From NCBI GenBank assembly GCA_963701975.1, contig OY969692.1, positions 995,754 through 1,059,753 on the forward strand: DNA of 64,000 bases, read 5' to 3'. Position 1 is the stretch's first letter, and every line of letters starts with the position of its first letter. The DNA comes from an uncultured Gammaproteobacteria bacterium. Lineage in GTDB: Bacteria > Pseudomonadota > Gammaproteobacteria > Steroidobacterales > Steroidobacteraceae. The notes beneath the pieces are model-generated. The model was given only the letters and a program-made list of their open reading frames with translations, did no database searches and was not told the DNA's origin. A program made the translations under genes and the position numbers. This document shows positions 28,346 to 37,041 of this stretch, one piece after another.

Positions 28346-29317
28346 CTAGGCGTCGGTGGCGGCGGCGCCGAGCACCGGCACCATGTTGGCGAGCAGGAAT
28401 TCGACGAACTGACGAATGGCCGGTGACGCGGCGCGCTCGGCCGCGTACACCGCCTGCAGCCGCAGCGGTGCGGCAACCGACCAGTCCGGCAGCACGCGCT
28501 CGAGCTTGCCGAGCGCGAGCCCCTGGCGGCACAGAAACTCGGGTAACACGCCGATGCCCAAGCCGGCCGCCGTGCTCGAGTGCACCAGCGCCGGATCGTT
28601 GACCTGCAGCGCGGGCCGCAAATGGACCTGCTGCTCCTCGCCGTCGCGCTGTCGCGTGTCGCGAGGATTGCCCTCGCGTCGCAGTCGCAGCAGGCCGAAC
28701 TCCGCGCCGGCGTCCGCGCCGGTCTCGAGCGCACGCAGCACGCTGTGATCGGCGAGCTGCGCCGGGGTCTTCGGGCGCCCGTGACGGGCGAGGTAGGCCG
28801 GCGTCGCGCACAGCAGCAGCGGCGGATTGCCGAGCGCGGTGCGCGTCAGCGACGGCAGCGCTCGGGCGGCCACCGCCGCAGTGTCATTGCAGACCAGCAG
28901 GTCCCAGTCCTCGCCCGGACTCGACGGCAGCGCGTCGATCACGACGACCTGCAGCTCGAAGCCGGGGTAGCGCTCCAGGAAGCGCGGTATCAGCGGCGTG
29001 ACCAGCAGCCGACCGTAACCCGGATCGACGATCACACGCAGCCGGCGCTCGCTGGCCGCGGCGGGTGCGAAGCGCGCCGTGACCGCCTCGACCTCGGCCA
29101 GCAGGCGCTGACTGTGCGGGCGCAGCAGCGTGCCGGCCGGCGTCAAGGCGACCCGGCGCGTGGTGCGCGTCAGCAGCCGCGTGCCGAGCCGGCGTTCGAG
29201 GCTTAAAATGGCGCGGCTGACCGCGACTTTCGGCACCCCAAGGGCGCGCGCGGCGGCCGTGAAGGACTTGAACTCGCTGACGTACGCGAACGCCGCCATT
29301 TCCGATGCGAGCCACAT
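28346..29317 (-). CDS. LysR-family transcriptional regulator
   Basis: N-terminal wHTH FAYVSEFKSFTAAARALGVPKVAVSRAILSLERRLGTRLLTRTTR. 323 aa. Divergent from the methyltransferase gene. Confidence 0.85.
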   Translation of the reverse strand: MWLASEMAAFAYVSEFKSFTAAARALGVPKVAVSRAILSLERRLGTRLLTRTTRRVALTPAGTLLRPHSQRLLAEVEAVTARFAPAAASERRLRVIVDPGYGRLLVTPLIPRFLERYPGFELQVVVIDALPSSPGEDWDLLVCNDTAAVAARALPSLTRTALGNPPLLLCATPAYLARHGRPKTPAQLADHSVLRALETGADAGAEFGLLRLRREGNPRDTRQRDGEEQQVHLRPALQVNDPALVHSSTAAGLGIGVLPEFLCRQGLALGKLERVLPDWSVAAPLRLQAVYAAERAASPAIRQFVEFLLANMVPVLGAAATDA

Positions 29318-29379
29318 ATTGTTTCCCTATTAGCCCATCCAGCGCGCTCTGACGGGAATACTGTACCGAAAATGGAACA

Positions 29380-30054
29380 ATGACAAGCATGCAGCGTATC
29401 CCCGAGCCGGAACTCATGGATGATCCTGCCCAGGCGCTGGCCTATGCGCAGGCCGACTTCAGCGCCTCGCACGGCGCGCGGGTGGTGATGTTTCGCCGCC
29501 TGTTTCCGCAGCTGCAGCTGAGCGGTCCGGTGCTCGATCTGGGCTGCGGCTCGGGCGACGTGCTGCTGCGCTTTGCGCGCGCGTTTCCGGCGGCGCGCTT
29601 CATCGGCGTGGACGGCTCATGGCCGATGCTCGATCTCGCCCAGCGCGCGCTCGACGCGGAGCCCGAGCTGCGCGACCGCGTGCTGCTGCAGTACGGAATC
29701 ATCCCGCAGTGCGCGCTGCCCGACGAGCCCTGGCAGCTCATCATGAGCCACAGCCTGCTGCACCAGCTGCACCAACCGCAGGTACTGTGGCGCACGATGA
29801 CCGACCGCGGCGACAGCGGTTGCGCGGTGTTCGTCGCCGACCTGCGCCGTCCGCCGAGCGAGGCCGAGGCGCGTCGCCTGGTGCGCTCGACCTCGAAGGA
29901 TGAGCCCGAGATCCTGCAGCGGGACTTTTTTAATTCGCTGTGCGCGGCGTACGAGCCGGATGAGGTGCGCGAGCAGCTGGCCGTCGCGGGCTTGAGCCAC
30001 CTGCAGGTGAGGCTAGAGGAGCCGTATCACCTGAGCATCTCGGGAGTGCTGTAA
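29380..30054 (+). CDS. Class I SAM-dependent methyltransferase
   Basis: Motif I VLDLGCGSGD, followed by FIGVDGS. 224 aa. Confidence 0.8.
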   Translation: MTSMQRIPEPELMDDPAQALAYAQADFSASHGARVVMFRRLFPQLQLSGPVLDLGCGSGDVLLRFARAFPAARFIGVDGSWPMLDLAQRALDAEPELRDRVLLQYGIIPQCALPDEPWQLIMSHSLLHQLHQPQVLWRTMTDRGDSGCAVFVADLRRPPSEAEARRLVRSTSKDEPEILQRDFFNSLCAAYEPDEVREQLAVAGLSHLQVRLEEPYHLSISGVL

Positions 30055-30090
30055 CCGGGAGCGAAAACTTCAAATGGCGGGAAATACCTG

Positions 30091-30156
30091 AGAGGTGCGA
30101 TGCTAAAAGGGGGAATTTCTATAATTAAAAATTCCACCCTTTAGCATCGCACCTCT
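30091..30156. repeat. Long AT-rich imperfect inverted repeat (28-nt arms, 26/28 complementary, 10-nt loop); probable bidirectional terminator or MITE/REP-like element
   Basis: Left arm AGAGGTGCGATGCTAAAAGGGGGAATTT (30091-30118). Loop CTATAATTAA. Right arm AAATTCCACCCTTTAGCATCGCACCTCT (30129-30156). It lies between convergent genes ending at 30054 and 30203. Confidence 0.8.
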
Positions 30157-30202
30157 TATCTGACTGCCGCCTTTCGAAGGTTCCCGTTGTCGGTTGCGGT
30201 GG

Positions 30203-31525
30203 TCAGACCGGGTTCTCGAGGCTGAACATCTCATTGGCGTCGTCGTAGGCAAATGCCTCGGCATAGCGCGCCAGGCTGATCACCGCGCGCAGGGTCTGCT
30301 CGGCATCGTTTTCGCCCATGAAGTCCTCGAGCTCGTCGATGAAGCGGCTCTTGCGCGCGGCGTGCGAAGCGCGCTCATCGAGCACGCGGCGGATGTGGGC
30401 CGCGAGCGGCACGTAGTTGAGCAGATGGCGCGCGAAGATCTGCTTGCGCACGTTCAGGTCGGAGTTGGCGAAGGCCACGCCCTCGGGCGTGAGGCGGATG
30501 TCGCCGGCCTCGACTTCGGCAAAGCGCATCATCTGCAGCGTCTCGGCCACCGGGAACAGCTCGTCGATCTCCATCTGCAGGTCGGACGCGATCTTGGGCA
30601 GATCGGCGGTGCCGTTGTACGGCGGCGCTGCCACCGTCTCGACCAGGCCGGCGAGCAGGTTCGAGGACACGCGCGGCAGCACGCTGCCGATACCCATGCC
30701 CGGAAAGCGCTCCTTATGCGTGCTGGCTGCGGCGCCGGAGCGACGCGATGTCATCTCCACATAGATGCGCTCGACCAGCTCTCGGAACTTCGGGTCCAGG
30801 CGCTTGCGCGGCTGCGGCAGCGTGACGTCGATCTCGCTGAGGATGCGCCCCGGATTGCTGCCGAACACCAGGATGCGGTCGCACATCAGCACCGCCTCCT
30901 CGATGTTGTGCGTGACCAGGATCACGCCCTTGATCGGCATCTGGCCTTCGGCCCAGAGGTCGAGGAAGTCGGTGCGCAGCGTCTCGGCGGTCAGCACGTC
31001 GAGGGCCGAGAACGGCTCGTCCATCAGCAGGATGTCCGGATGCACCACCAGCGCGCGGGCGAAGCCGACGCGCTGGCGCATGCCGCCCGAGAGCTCGCGC
31101 GGATAGGCCGATTCGAAGCCGTCGAGTCCGATCAGGTCGATCGCGGCCAGCGAGCGCTTGCGGATCGCCGCCTTCTCCATATGCTGCGCCTCGAGTCCGA
31201 GGGCGACGTTCTCGAATACCGTGAGCCACGGGAACAGCGCGAAGCTCTGGAACACCATCGCGATTCCGGAGGCACACCCCGCGATCGGCTCGCCGCGAAA
31301 TGCCAGCGTGCCGGCGCTCGGCTCGGCCAGCCCCGCAATCAGCCGCAGCAGTGTCGATTTGCCGGATCCCGAGCGCCCGAGCAGGCCCACGATCTGACCG
31401 GCCGACAGCGTCAGGTTGACGCCATCGAGCACCAGCAGCTCCCCGCCATCGGGCTTGGGAAAGGTCTTGCGGATGTTGGCGCACGACAGCAGCTGCGCGG
31501 TCGCGAGTTCCGGTGCGGTGTTCAT
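30203..31525 (-). CDS. ABC transporter ATP-binding protein (NitT/TauT-like) with an extra ~180-aa C-terminal domain
   Basis: Walker A GRSGSGKST, signature LSGGMRQRVGFARA, Walker B LLMDEPFSALD. A non-ABC C-terminal extension follows residue ~255. Confidence 0.88.
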   Translation of the reverse strand: MNTAPELATAQLLSCANIRKTFPKPDGGELLVLDGVNLTLSAGQIVGLLGRSGSGKSTLLRLIAGLAEPSAGTLAFRGEPIAGCASGIAMVFQSFALFPWLTVFENVALGLEAQHMEKAAIRKRSLAAIDLIGLDGFESAYPRELSGGMRQRVGFARALVVHPDILLMDEPFSALDVLTAETLRTDFLDLWAEGQMPIKGVILVTHNIEEAVLMCDRILVFGSNPGRILSEIDVTLPQPRKRLDPKFRELVERIYVEMTSRRSGAAASTHKERFPGMGIGSVLPRVSSNLLAGLVETVAAPPYNGTADLPKIASDLQMEIDELFPVAETLQMMRFAEVEAGDIRLTPEGVAFANSDLNVRKQIFARHLLNYVPLAAHIRRVLDERASHAARKSRFIDELEDFMGENDAEQTLRAVISLARYAEAFAYDDANEMFSLENPV

Positions 31526-31539
31526 AGTGCCTCCAACGC

Positions 31540-33267
31540 TCAGCTCAGTCGATATTTGCGCTCGGCGAAATAGTACAACGGCCGCCAGAACACGCGATTG
31601 ATCGCGACCACGAACAGGCTCATGGTCGCGATGCCGAGAATGATGCGATGAAAGTCGCCGGCGGTGGTGGCCTCGGCAATGTAGGCGCCGAGGCCGTGCG
31701 CTTTGACCTGCACGTTACGCCAGCTCGCAAGCTCGGCGACGATGGCCGCGTTCCACGAACCGCCCGAGGCGGTGATCGCCCCGGTCACGTAATAGGGCAG
31801 CACGCCGGGCAGCGCGACCCTGCGCCACCACAATGGTCCACTGACACCGAGGTTCGCCGCCGCGTAGCGCAGCTCGGTCGGCATCGCGGAAGCCCCCGCG
31901 ATCACGTTAAACAGAATGTACCACTGGGTGCCGAGGATCATCAGCGGGCTGAGCCAGATGTCGGGATTGAGCTTCCAGCTCACGATGCCGAACACCGCGA
32001 CCGGGAACAGCAGGTTGGCTGGAAACGCCGCCAGAAACTGCGCCACCGGCTGCACGATCTGGGTCGCGCGCGGTCGCAATCCGACCCAGATGCCGATCGG
32101 CACCCACACCACGCTCGCCAGGGCGATCAGCACCATGACCCGCAGCATGGTCAGCGCCGCCAGGCCCGCGACCTCGCCCGCTTCGCGCCAGCTGGTCTCC
32201 CCGATCAGCGTGTGCGCGATGCGCCACACTGCGAACGCGACCAGCAGCACCAGCAACGAAAACCACAGCAGATCGGCGCGACGGCCGACACGCGTCGCGG
32301 TGGCGGTCGCGGTCAGCAGCAGCTGTGGCCGCGGCGCCTTGCGGCTGGACCAGCGGATGAAGGCGTCAAACAGCACCCGCAGCGCGCTCATCAGCCGCGA
32401 GCGCTGCATCATGGTCAGCGCCCAGGATTCCGGCACCTGGCCGCCCTGCTCCTGGTCGAGACGGAAGCGATCGCCCCACACCACCAGCGGCCGGAAGATC
32501 AGCTGGTCGTACAGCAGGATCACGACCAACATGGTCACGATCGCCCAGCCGATCGCGCGCAGCGAGCCCTGCTGGATCGCGAGTGCGATGTAGGAGCCGA
32601 CCCCCGGCAGCGCGATGCTGGTGTTGCCGACGCTGATTGCCTCCGACGCCACCACGAAAAACCAGCTGCCCGACATCGACATCATCATGTTCCACAGCAG
32701 CGCCGGCATCGCGAACGGCACCTCGAGCCGCCAGAAGCGCATCCACGGCGTCAGACGGAACGACTCGGCGCACTCCTCCAGCTCGTGTGGCACCGTGCGC
32801 AGCGACTGATAGAAGCTGAACGCCATGTTCCAGGCCTGGCTGGTGAAAATCGCAAAGATCGCGGCGAATTCCGCCCCCAGCACGCGGCCAGGCACCAGCG
32901 ACATGAAGAACACCACCGTGATCGAGATGAATCCCAGGATCGGCACCGACTGCAGGATGTCGAGTATCGGCACCAGCAGTTTCTCGGCCCGGACGCTCTT
33001 GGCGGCCCAGGTGGCGTAGGTGAACGTGAACAGCAGCGACAGCGCCAGGGCCGCGAACATGCGCAGCGTGGTGCGCGCGGCGTAGAACGGCAGGTTGACC
33101 GGATCGAGCGACAGCGGCGCTGCCGACAGCTTGGCCAGCGGCTCGAACAGGCCGCGGCTGGCCTCGGCGAAGAAGGTCAGTACTCCGATCACGACCACGA
33201 TCGCAATCAGGTCCCAGCGCGTGGCCAGATCGCGTACGAACGCAAAAGGTTGGAATCGGTTCGCCAT
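31540..33267 (-). CDS. ABC transporter permease with duplicated (fused) transmembrane domains
   Basis: 575 aa, two tandem permease halves with about 12 hydrophobic helices. The ATPase gene starts 15 nt downstream. Confidence 0.85.
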   Translation of the reverse strand: MANRFQPFAFVRDLATRWDLIAIVVVIGVLTFFAEASRGLFEPLAKLSAAPLSLDPVNLPFYAARTTLRMFAALALSLLFTFTYATWAAKSVRAEKLLVPILDILQSVPILGFISITVVFFMSLVPGRVLGAEFAAIFAIFTSQAWNMAFSFYQSLRTVPHELEECAESFRLTPWMRFWRLEVPFAMPALLWNMMMSMSGSWFFVVASEAISVGNTSIALPGVGSYIALAIQQGSLRAIGWAIVTMLVVILLYDQLIFRPLVVWGDRFRLDQEQGGQVPESWALTMMQRSRLMSALRVLFDAFIRWSSRKAPRPQLLLTATATATRVGRRADLLWFSLLVLLVAFAVWRIAHTLIGETSWREAGEVAGLAALTMLRVMVLIALASVVWVPIGIWVGLRPRATQIVQPVAQFLAAFPANLLFPVAVFGIVSWKLNPDIWLSPLMILGTQWYILFNVIAGASAMPTELRYAAANLGVSGPLWWRRVALPGVLPYYVTGAITASGGSWNAAIVAELASWRNVQVKAHGLGAYIAEATTAGDFHRIILGIATMSLFVVAINRVFWRPLYYFAERKYRLS

Positions 33268-33447
33268 GGACTACTTCGGTTGTCAGGGCTGCCGCGGGCC
33301 GCACATCGGCCGCACGCCGCCGCAGCGGCTCGCATGTTCGCGCGCAAGCGGGCCGCCCAGGCCACTCCTTACTGTCATCGGTCGAAAGAAAAAGAGCGCG
33401 TGCCCGCAGGCGCCCGCACCGTTAGTTTTGCATCGCTATCTTACAAT

Positions 33448-34764
33448 TTATGCGCCACCCGGCGAGCGCGATCGGTAGGCGCGCGGCGGGTCGCTCAGGC
33501 GATTCAGATACACGCGCCGCTGACCGATGCTCAGGCGGTGCCAGTCGATCTTGCGGCCGAGCTCGCGGCGCAAGCCGGCATCGGTCACATAGCTGCTGAT
33601 GCCGTGGCGCGCGCTCAGGCCGGAGCGCAGCCGGCGGGTGCCGCCCCGATCCAGCAGATCGATCAGCGCCGCGGCGACCGCCTCGCTGCGCGGCAGCTCG
33701 CTGTGCTCGCAGCGCAGGCTGTAGCTCGCTACACCGGGCAGCGTCGCGCAGCTGCTCGCCACCGTGCCATCGCCGGCCGAGCTGACCTGGTAGCGAAACT
33801 GCGCGCCGCGCCGCTCGATCCCGGTGACGGTGCGCTGTCCGGTGCCCACGATCGAGAAGAAGCGCGCATCGGGCGCCGCCAGCGCTGCGGCGAAGCCGCG
33901 GGCCGAGCGCAGCAGCCTCGGGTCCGGCCGCGCCCCGCCTGAGGGCCAGCAGTCCGGATCGAACAGGTCGAGCGCCGCGCCGGCGGCGGGCAGCAGCTGA
34001 TACAGGCTCTTGAAGCCACGGAATGCCAGGCGCGTGAGGCTGTCGGCATCATGCACGCGATCGATGGCCGCGAGCCGGCCGACGATCGGGTAGGTTGCGC
34101 GCAGCGCCTGGACGGCCGCGATCGAGCCGCCGTGCGGCGCACCCATCCCGATCAGATGCGTGATGCGCCCGGCGCCGGCGCCATACTGGGCGAGCGCGGC
34201 GCGTGCCAGCAGCGCACCCATGCTGTGACCGATCAGCGCGAGTTCCTCGGCGTTGTCGCCCGCCAGTCGTTCGGCCAGCGCGCGCCCGGAGGCCAGCACG
34301 TCGTCGCGCCAGTCATAGTCGTACAGCACGATCTCAAAACCGGCCGCCGCGAGCCGCAGCTTCAGCGCCAGATAGCTGTAGACGATCGCCCCGAGCGGCT
34401 GCACCGGATGCCGCGGCGACCTGGCGCCGATCGGGCGCGGCCAGCGCAGCTCGGTCAGCCGACCCTGCACGATGTCGGTGGGGTCGATCCACAGCAGATC
34501 GGGCGGCTGTCCCGCCCCACGCGGCCGCCCGAGCTGCGAGCCGAGGATTCCAGGCAGCAGATAGATCTTCAACGCGCGACGCCGCCGGCGCCGGCGTTTC
34601 GCGGCCACGCACTTGCGGGCGAGCGCGGCCAGAGTCGCGTATTCGTTTCCGCCCAGATACGCCGCCAGCTCGCGCCGGTGGGCGCCGAGCGCGAGCGCAC
34701 GCTCGAGCTCGGCTTCGGGCCAGCACATGCGGTCGTACACCGAGATCTCGCCGGCGCGGCTCAT
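33448..34764 (-). CDS. Alpha/beta-hydrolase, lipase/LCAT-like
   Basis: Nucleophile elbow LIGHSMGALLA, then GMGAPHGGS. An N-terminal ~70-aa region ends in KRRRRRRRALK. 438 aa. Confidence 0.7.
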   Translation of the reverse strand: MSRAGEISVYDRMCWPEAELERALALGAHRRELAAYLGGNEYATLAALARKCVAAKRRRRRRRALKIYLLPGILGSQLGRPRGAGQPPDLLWIDPTDIVQGRLTELRWPRPIGARSPRHPVQPLGAIVYSYLALKLRLAAAGFEIVLYDYDWRDDVLASGRALAERLAGDNAEELALIGHSMGALLARAALAQYGAGAGRITHLIGMGAPHGGSIAAVQALRATYPIVGRLAAIDRVHDADSLTRLAFRGFKSLYQLLPAAGAALDLFDPDCWPSGGARPDPRLLRSARGFAAALAAPDARFFSIVGTGQRTVTGIERRGAQFRYQVSSAGDGTVASSCATLPGVASYSLRCEHSELPRSEAVAAALIDLLDRGGTRRLRSGLSARHGISSYVTDAGLRRELGRKIDWHRLSIGQRRVYLNRLSDPPRAYRSRSPGGA

Positions 34765-34819
34765 CGGCAGCGCCTCAAGCCGACGACTTCACGGCGCGCG
34801 CCCGCTCGAGCGGGGCGCA

Positions 34820-35737
34820 TCACGACGTCGCCGGCGCATGCAGGCCACTGTGGCGCGCGATCTGGTCGCAGACGGCGGCGATCATCGCGGTGCGCGCGCT
34901 GCTCTTGCGCCACACGGCACCGATCCGGCGGCTCGGCGCCGGCCGCGCAAAGGGGCGTACCGCCAGGCCCTTGGCGGCACCGTAGGCGCCATGCACCGCC
35001 AATGCGGGCAGCAGCGTGACGCCGGCGCCGGTGGCGACCATCTGCCGCAGTGTCTCCAGACTGGTGGCACGAAAGTCCTGCTTTTCGTGTATGCCGCTGC
35101 GGCTGCAGATCGCGAGCGCCTGGTCGCGCAGGCAGTGCCCGTCCTCGAGCAGCAGCAGCGTCTCGCCGTTGAGATCCTCGGCGCGCAGCTGCGCGCGCGC
35201 GGCCAGCCGATGCGCGGCCGGCAATGCTGCAACGAACGGCTCCTCGTACAGCACCCGCGTCGCCAGGCCCTCGGCCTGCACCGGCAGCGCCAGGATACCG
35301 ACATCGATATCGCCGTTGTGCAGCCGCTCCAGCATCGGCCCGGTCTGGTACTCGAACAGCAGCAGCTCGAGCCGCGGGAGCGCCTTGCGGATCTTGAGCG
35401 CGACCAGCGGCAGCAGGTACGGACCGACCGTCGGCAGCAGCGCCAGGCGCAGCTCCCCGGCAAGCGGATCGCGCCGCGTCTTCGCCAGGCCGACGATCGC
35501 ATCCGCGCTCTCGAGCATGCTGCGCGCGCGCGCCGTGATTTCCTCGCCGGCGGCCGTCAGCGCCACGCGGCGCGGCTGGCGCTCGATCAACTGCACGCCG
35601 AGGTAGAGCTCCAGCTTGCGCAGCTGCGCCGACAGCGTCGGCTGGCTGACGAAGCACTTGGCCGCGGCACGACCGAAGTGGCGGGTATCGGCGAGCGCCA
35701 CCAGGTAACGCAGGTCCTTGAGCTTCAGATCCGGCAT
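34820..35737 (-). CDS. oxyR: Hydrogen-peroxide-sensing LysR-type regulator OxyR
   Basis: HTH FGRAAAKCFVSQPTLSAQLRKLE. Redox region LLLLEDGHCLRDQALAICS...FRATSLETLRQMVA. Divergent from ahpC. Confidence 0.88.
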   Translation of the reverse strand: MPDLKLKDLRYLVALADTRHFGRAAAKCFVSQPTLSAQLRKLELYLGVQLIERQPRRVALTAAGEEITARARSMLESADAIVGLAKTRRDPLAGELRLALLPTVGPYLLPLVALKIRKALPRLELLLFEYQTGPMLERLHNGDIDVGILALPVQAEGLATRVLYEEPFVAALPAAHRLAARAQLRAEDLNGETLLLLEDGHCLRDQALAICSRSGIHEKQDFRATSLETLRQMVATGAGVTLLPALAVHGAYGAAKGLAVRPFARPAPSRRIGAVWRKSSARTAMIAAVCDQIARHSGLHAPATS

Positions 35738-35746
35738 GGCAATTCA

Positions 35747-35783
35747 ATACATGGCATCTATCGGCATTATAAAGTCAATTGAT
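35747..35783. promoter_or_regulatory. Putative OxyR operator in the oxyR-ahpC intergenic region
   Basis: ATAC-N7-CTAT-N7-ATAA-N7-TGAT, compared with the E. coli OxyR pattern ATAG-N7-CTAT-N7-ATAG-N7-CTAT. 12 of 16 core positions match and the spacing is exact. Confidence 0.6.
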
Positions 35784-35895
35784 TGGACGATGGAACCCCG
35801 CGCATCGCAGGATGCGCGCATGGACCCGCGGGCGCGCGCGCTGCAGGGCCGCAGCAAGATCAAGTGTTCCCACTGATGCAATTCGGAGGTTCGAC

Positions 35896-36435
35896 ATGTT
35901 GGGTATTGGACAGAAATTTCCCGCCTACGCGCTGACCGGGGTGGTGTCAAACGACCCCGCCAGGGCATTCCAGCAGTTCAGCAGCATCGATCAGGCCGGC
36001 AAATGGCAGGTGGTGTTCTTCTGGCCGAAGGACTTTACGTTTGTCTGCCCGACGGAGATTGCCGCGTTCGGCAAGCTGAACCGCGAGTTCACCGACCGTG
36101 GCGCGCAGGTGTTCGGTGTCAGTACCGACAACGAGTATGTGCACCTGGCGTGGCGCAAGGAGAAGGAGGAGCTGCGCAATCTGCCGTTCCCGATGCTCTC
36201 GGACATCAAACGCGAGCTGACCGGCGCGCTCGGCATTCTCGACGCGCAAGCCGGCGTGGCGCAGCGCGCGGCCTACATCGTCGATCCGCAGGGCGTGATC
36301 CGCTTCGTCTATGTGACCGATCTGTCGGTCGGCCGCAACCCGGCGGAAGTGCTGCGCGTGCTCGATGCGCTGCAGACCGATGAGCTGTGCCCGTGCAACT
36401 GGCAGAAGGGTCAGGACACCCTCAAGGCAGCGTAA
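35896..36435 (+). CDS. ahpC: Peroxiredoxin AhpC (2-Cys)
   Basis: GGAGG lies 6 nt upstream of the ATG at 35896. Peroxidatic motif FTFVCPTEI; resolving Cys in ELCPCNW. The listed ORF start at 35779 was trimmed. Confidence 0.92.
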   Translation: MLGIGQKFPAYALTGVVSNDPARAFQQFSSIDQAGKWQVVFFWPKDFTFVCPTEIAAFGKLNREFTDRGAQVFGVSTDNEYVHLAWRKEKEELRNLPFPMLSDIKRELTGALGILDAQAGVAQRAAYIVDPQGVIRFVYVTDLSVGRNPAEVLRVLDALQTDELCPCNWQKGQDTLKAA

Positions 36436-36438
36436 GCC

Positions 36439-37014
36439 ATGCAAAGCACCACACTGGAGCGGATCCGGGATGCGATCCCGGACTATGCGCGCGATCTCAA
36501 GCTCAATCTGGGCAGCGTGCTCACAACCGCGGGCGCCCCGGGCCTGAGCGAGCCGCAGATCTGGGCGGTGGCGCTGGCGACGGCGATCGCCTCGCGCAAT
36601 GCCGCGTTCACGCGCGGCATCGAGGCGGCCGCCGGCGAGCACCTGGACGCCGCCCACCTGCAGGCGGCGCGCGCGGCGGCCGCCATCATGGGGATGAACA
36701 ACATCTACTACCGCTTCCTGCATCTGGTCGAAGACGCCGAGTACCAGAGCATGCCTGCTCGATTACGGATGAACATCCTCGCCAACCCCGGCATCGACAA
36801 GCTCGATTTCGAGCTGCTGTCGCTCGCGGTCTCGGCGGTCAACGGCTGCGGGCTGTGCATCAGCTCGCACCAGAAGAAGCTGCGCGCTCACGGCTACAGC
36901 CGCGAGATGATCCAGAGCGCAGTGCGCATCGCCGCGACGGTGCATGCGGCCGCCGGGGTGCTGGAGTACGCCGAGGCCAGCAGCGCGGCGACACCCGCCG
37001 CCGAGGCGGCCTGA
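36439..37014 (+). CDS. ahpD: Alkylhydroperoxidase AhpD
   Basis: CxxC active site NGCGLCISSH. Starts 3 nt after the ahpC stop. 191 aa. Confidence 0.88.
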   Translation: MQSTTLERIRDAIPDYARDLKLNLGSVLTTAGAPGLSEPQIWAVALATAIASRNAAFTRGIEAAAGEHLDAAHLQAARAAAAIMGMNNIYYRFLHLVEDAEYQSMPARLRMNILANPGIDKLDFELLSLAVSAVNGCGLCISSHQKKLRAHGYSREMIQSAVRIAATVHAAAGVLEYAEASSAATPAAEAA

Positions 37015-37041
37015 GGCTCGGCGCGCCTTCTCAGGCGAGCG

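Noticed and set aside
31648-33942. 764-aa plus-strand ORF opposite the ABC permease and lipase genes
   Set aside because: Extremely Arg/His/Gln/Asp-rich. It overlaps two credible minus-strand genes and their intergenic region.
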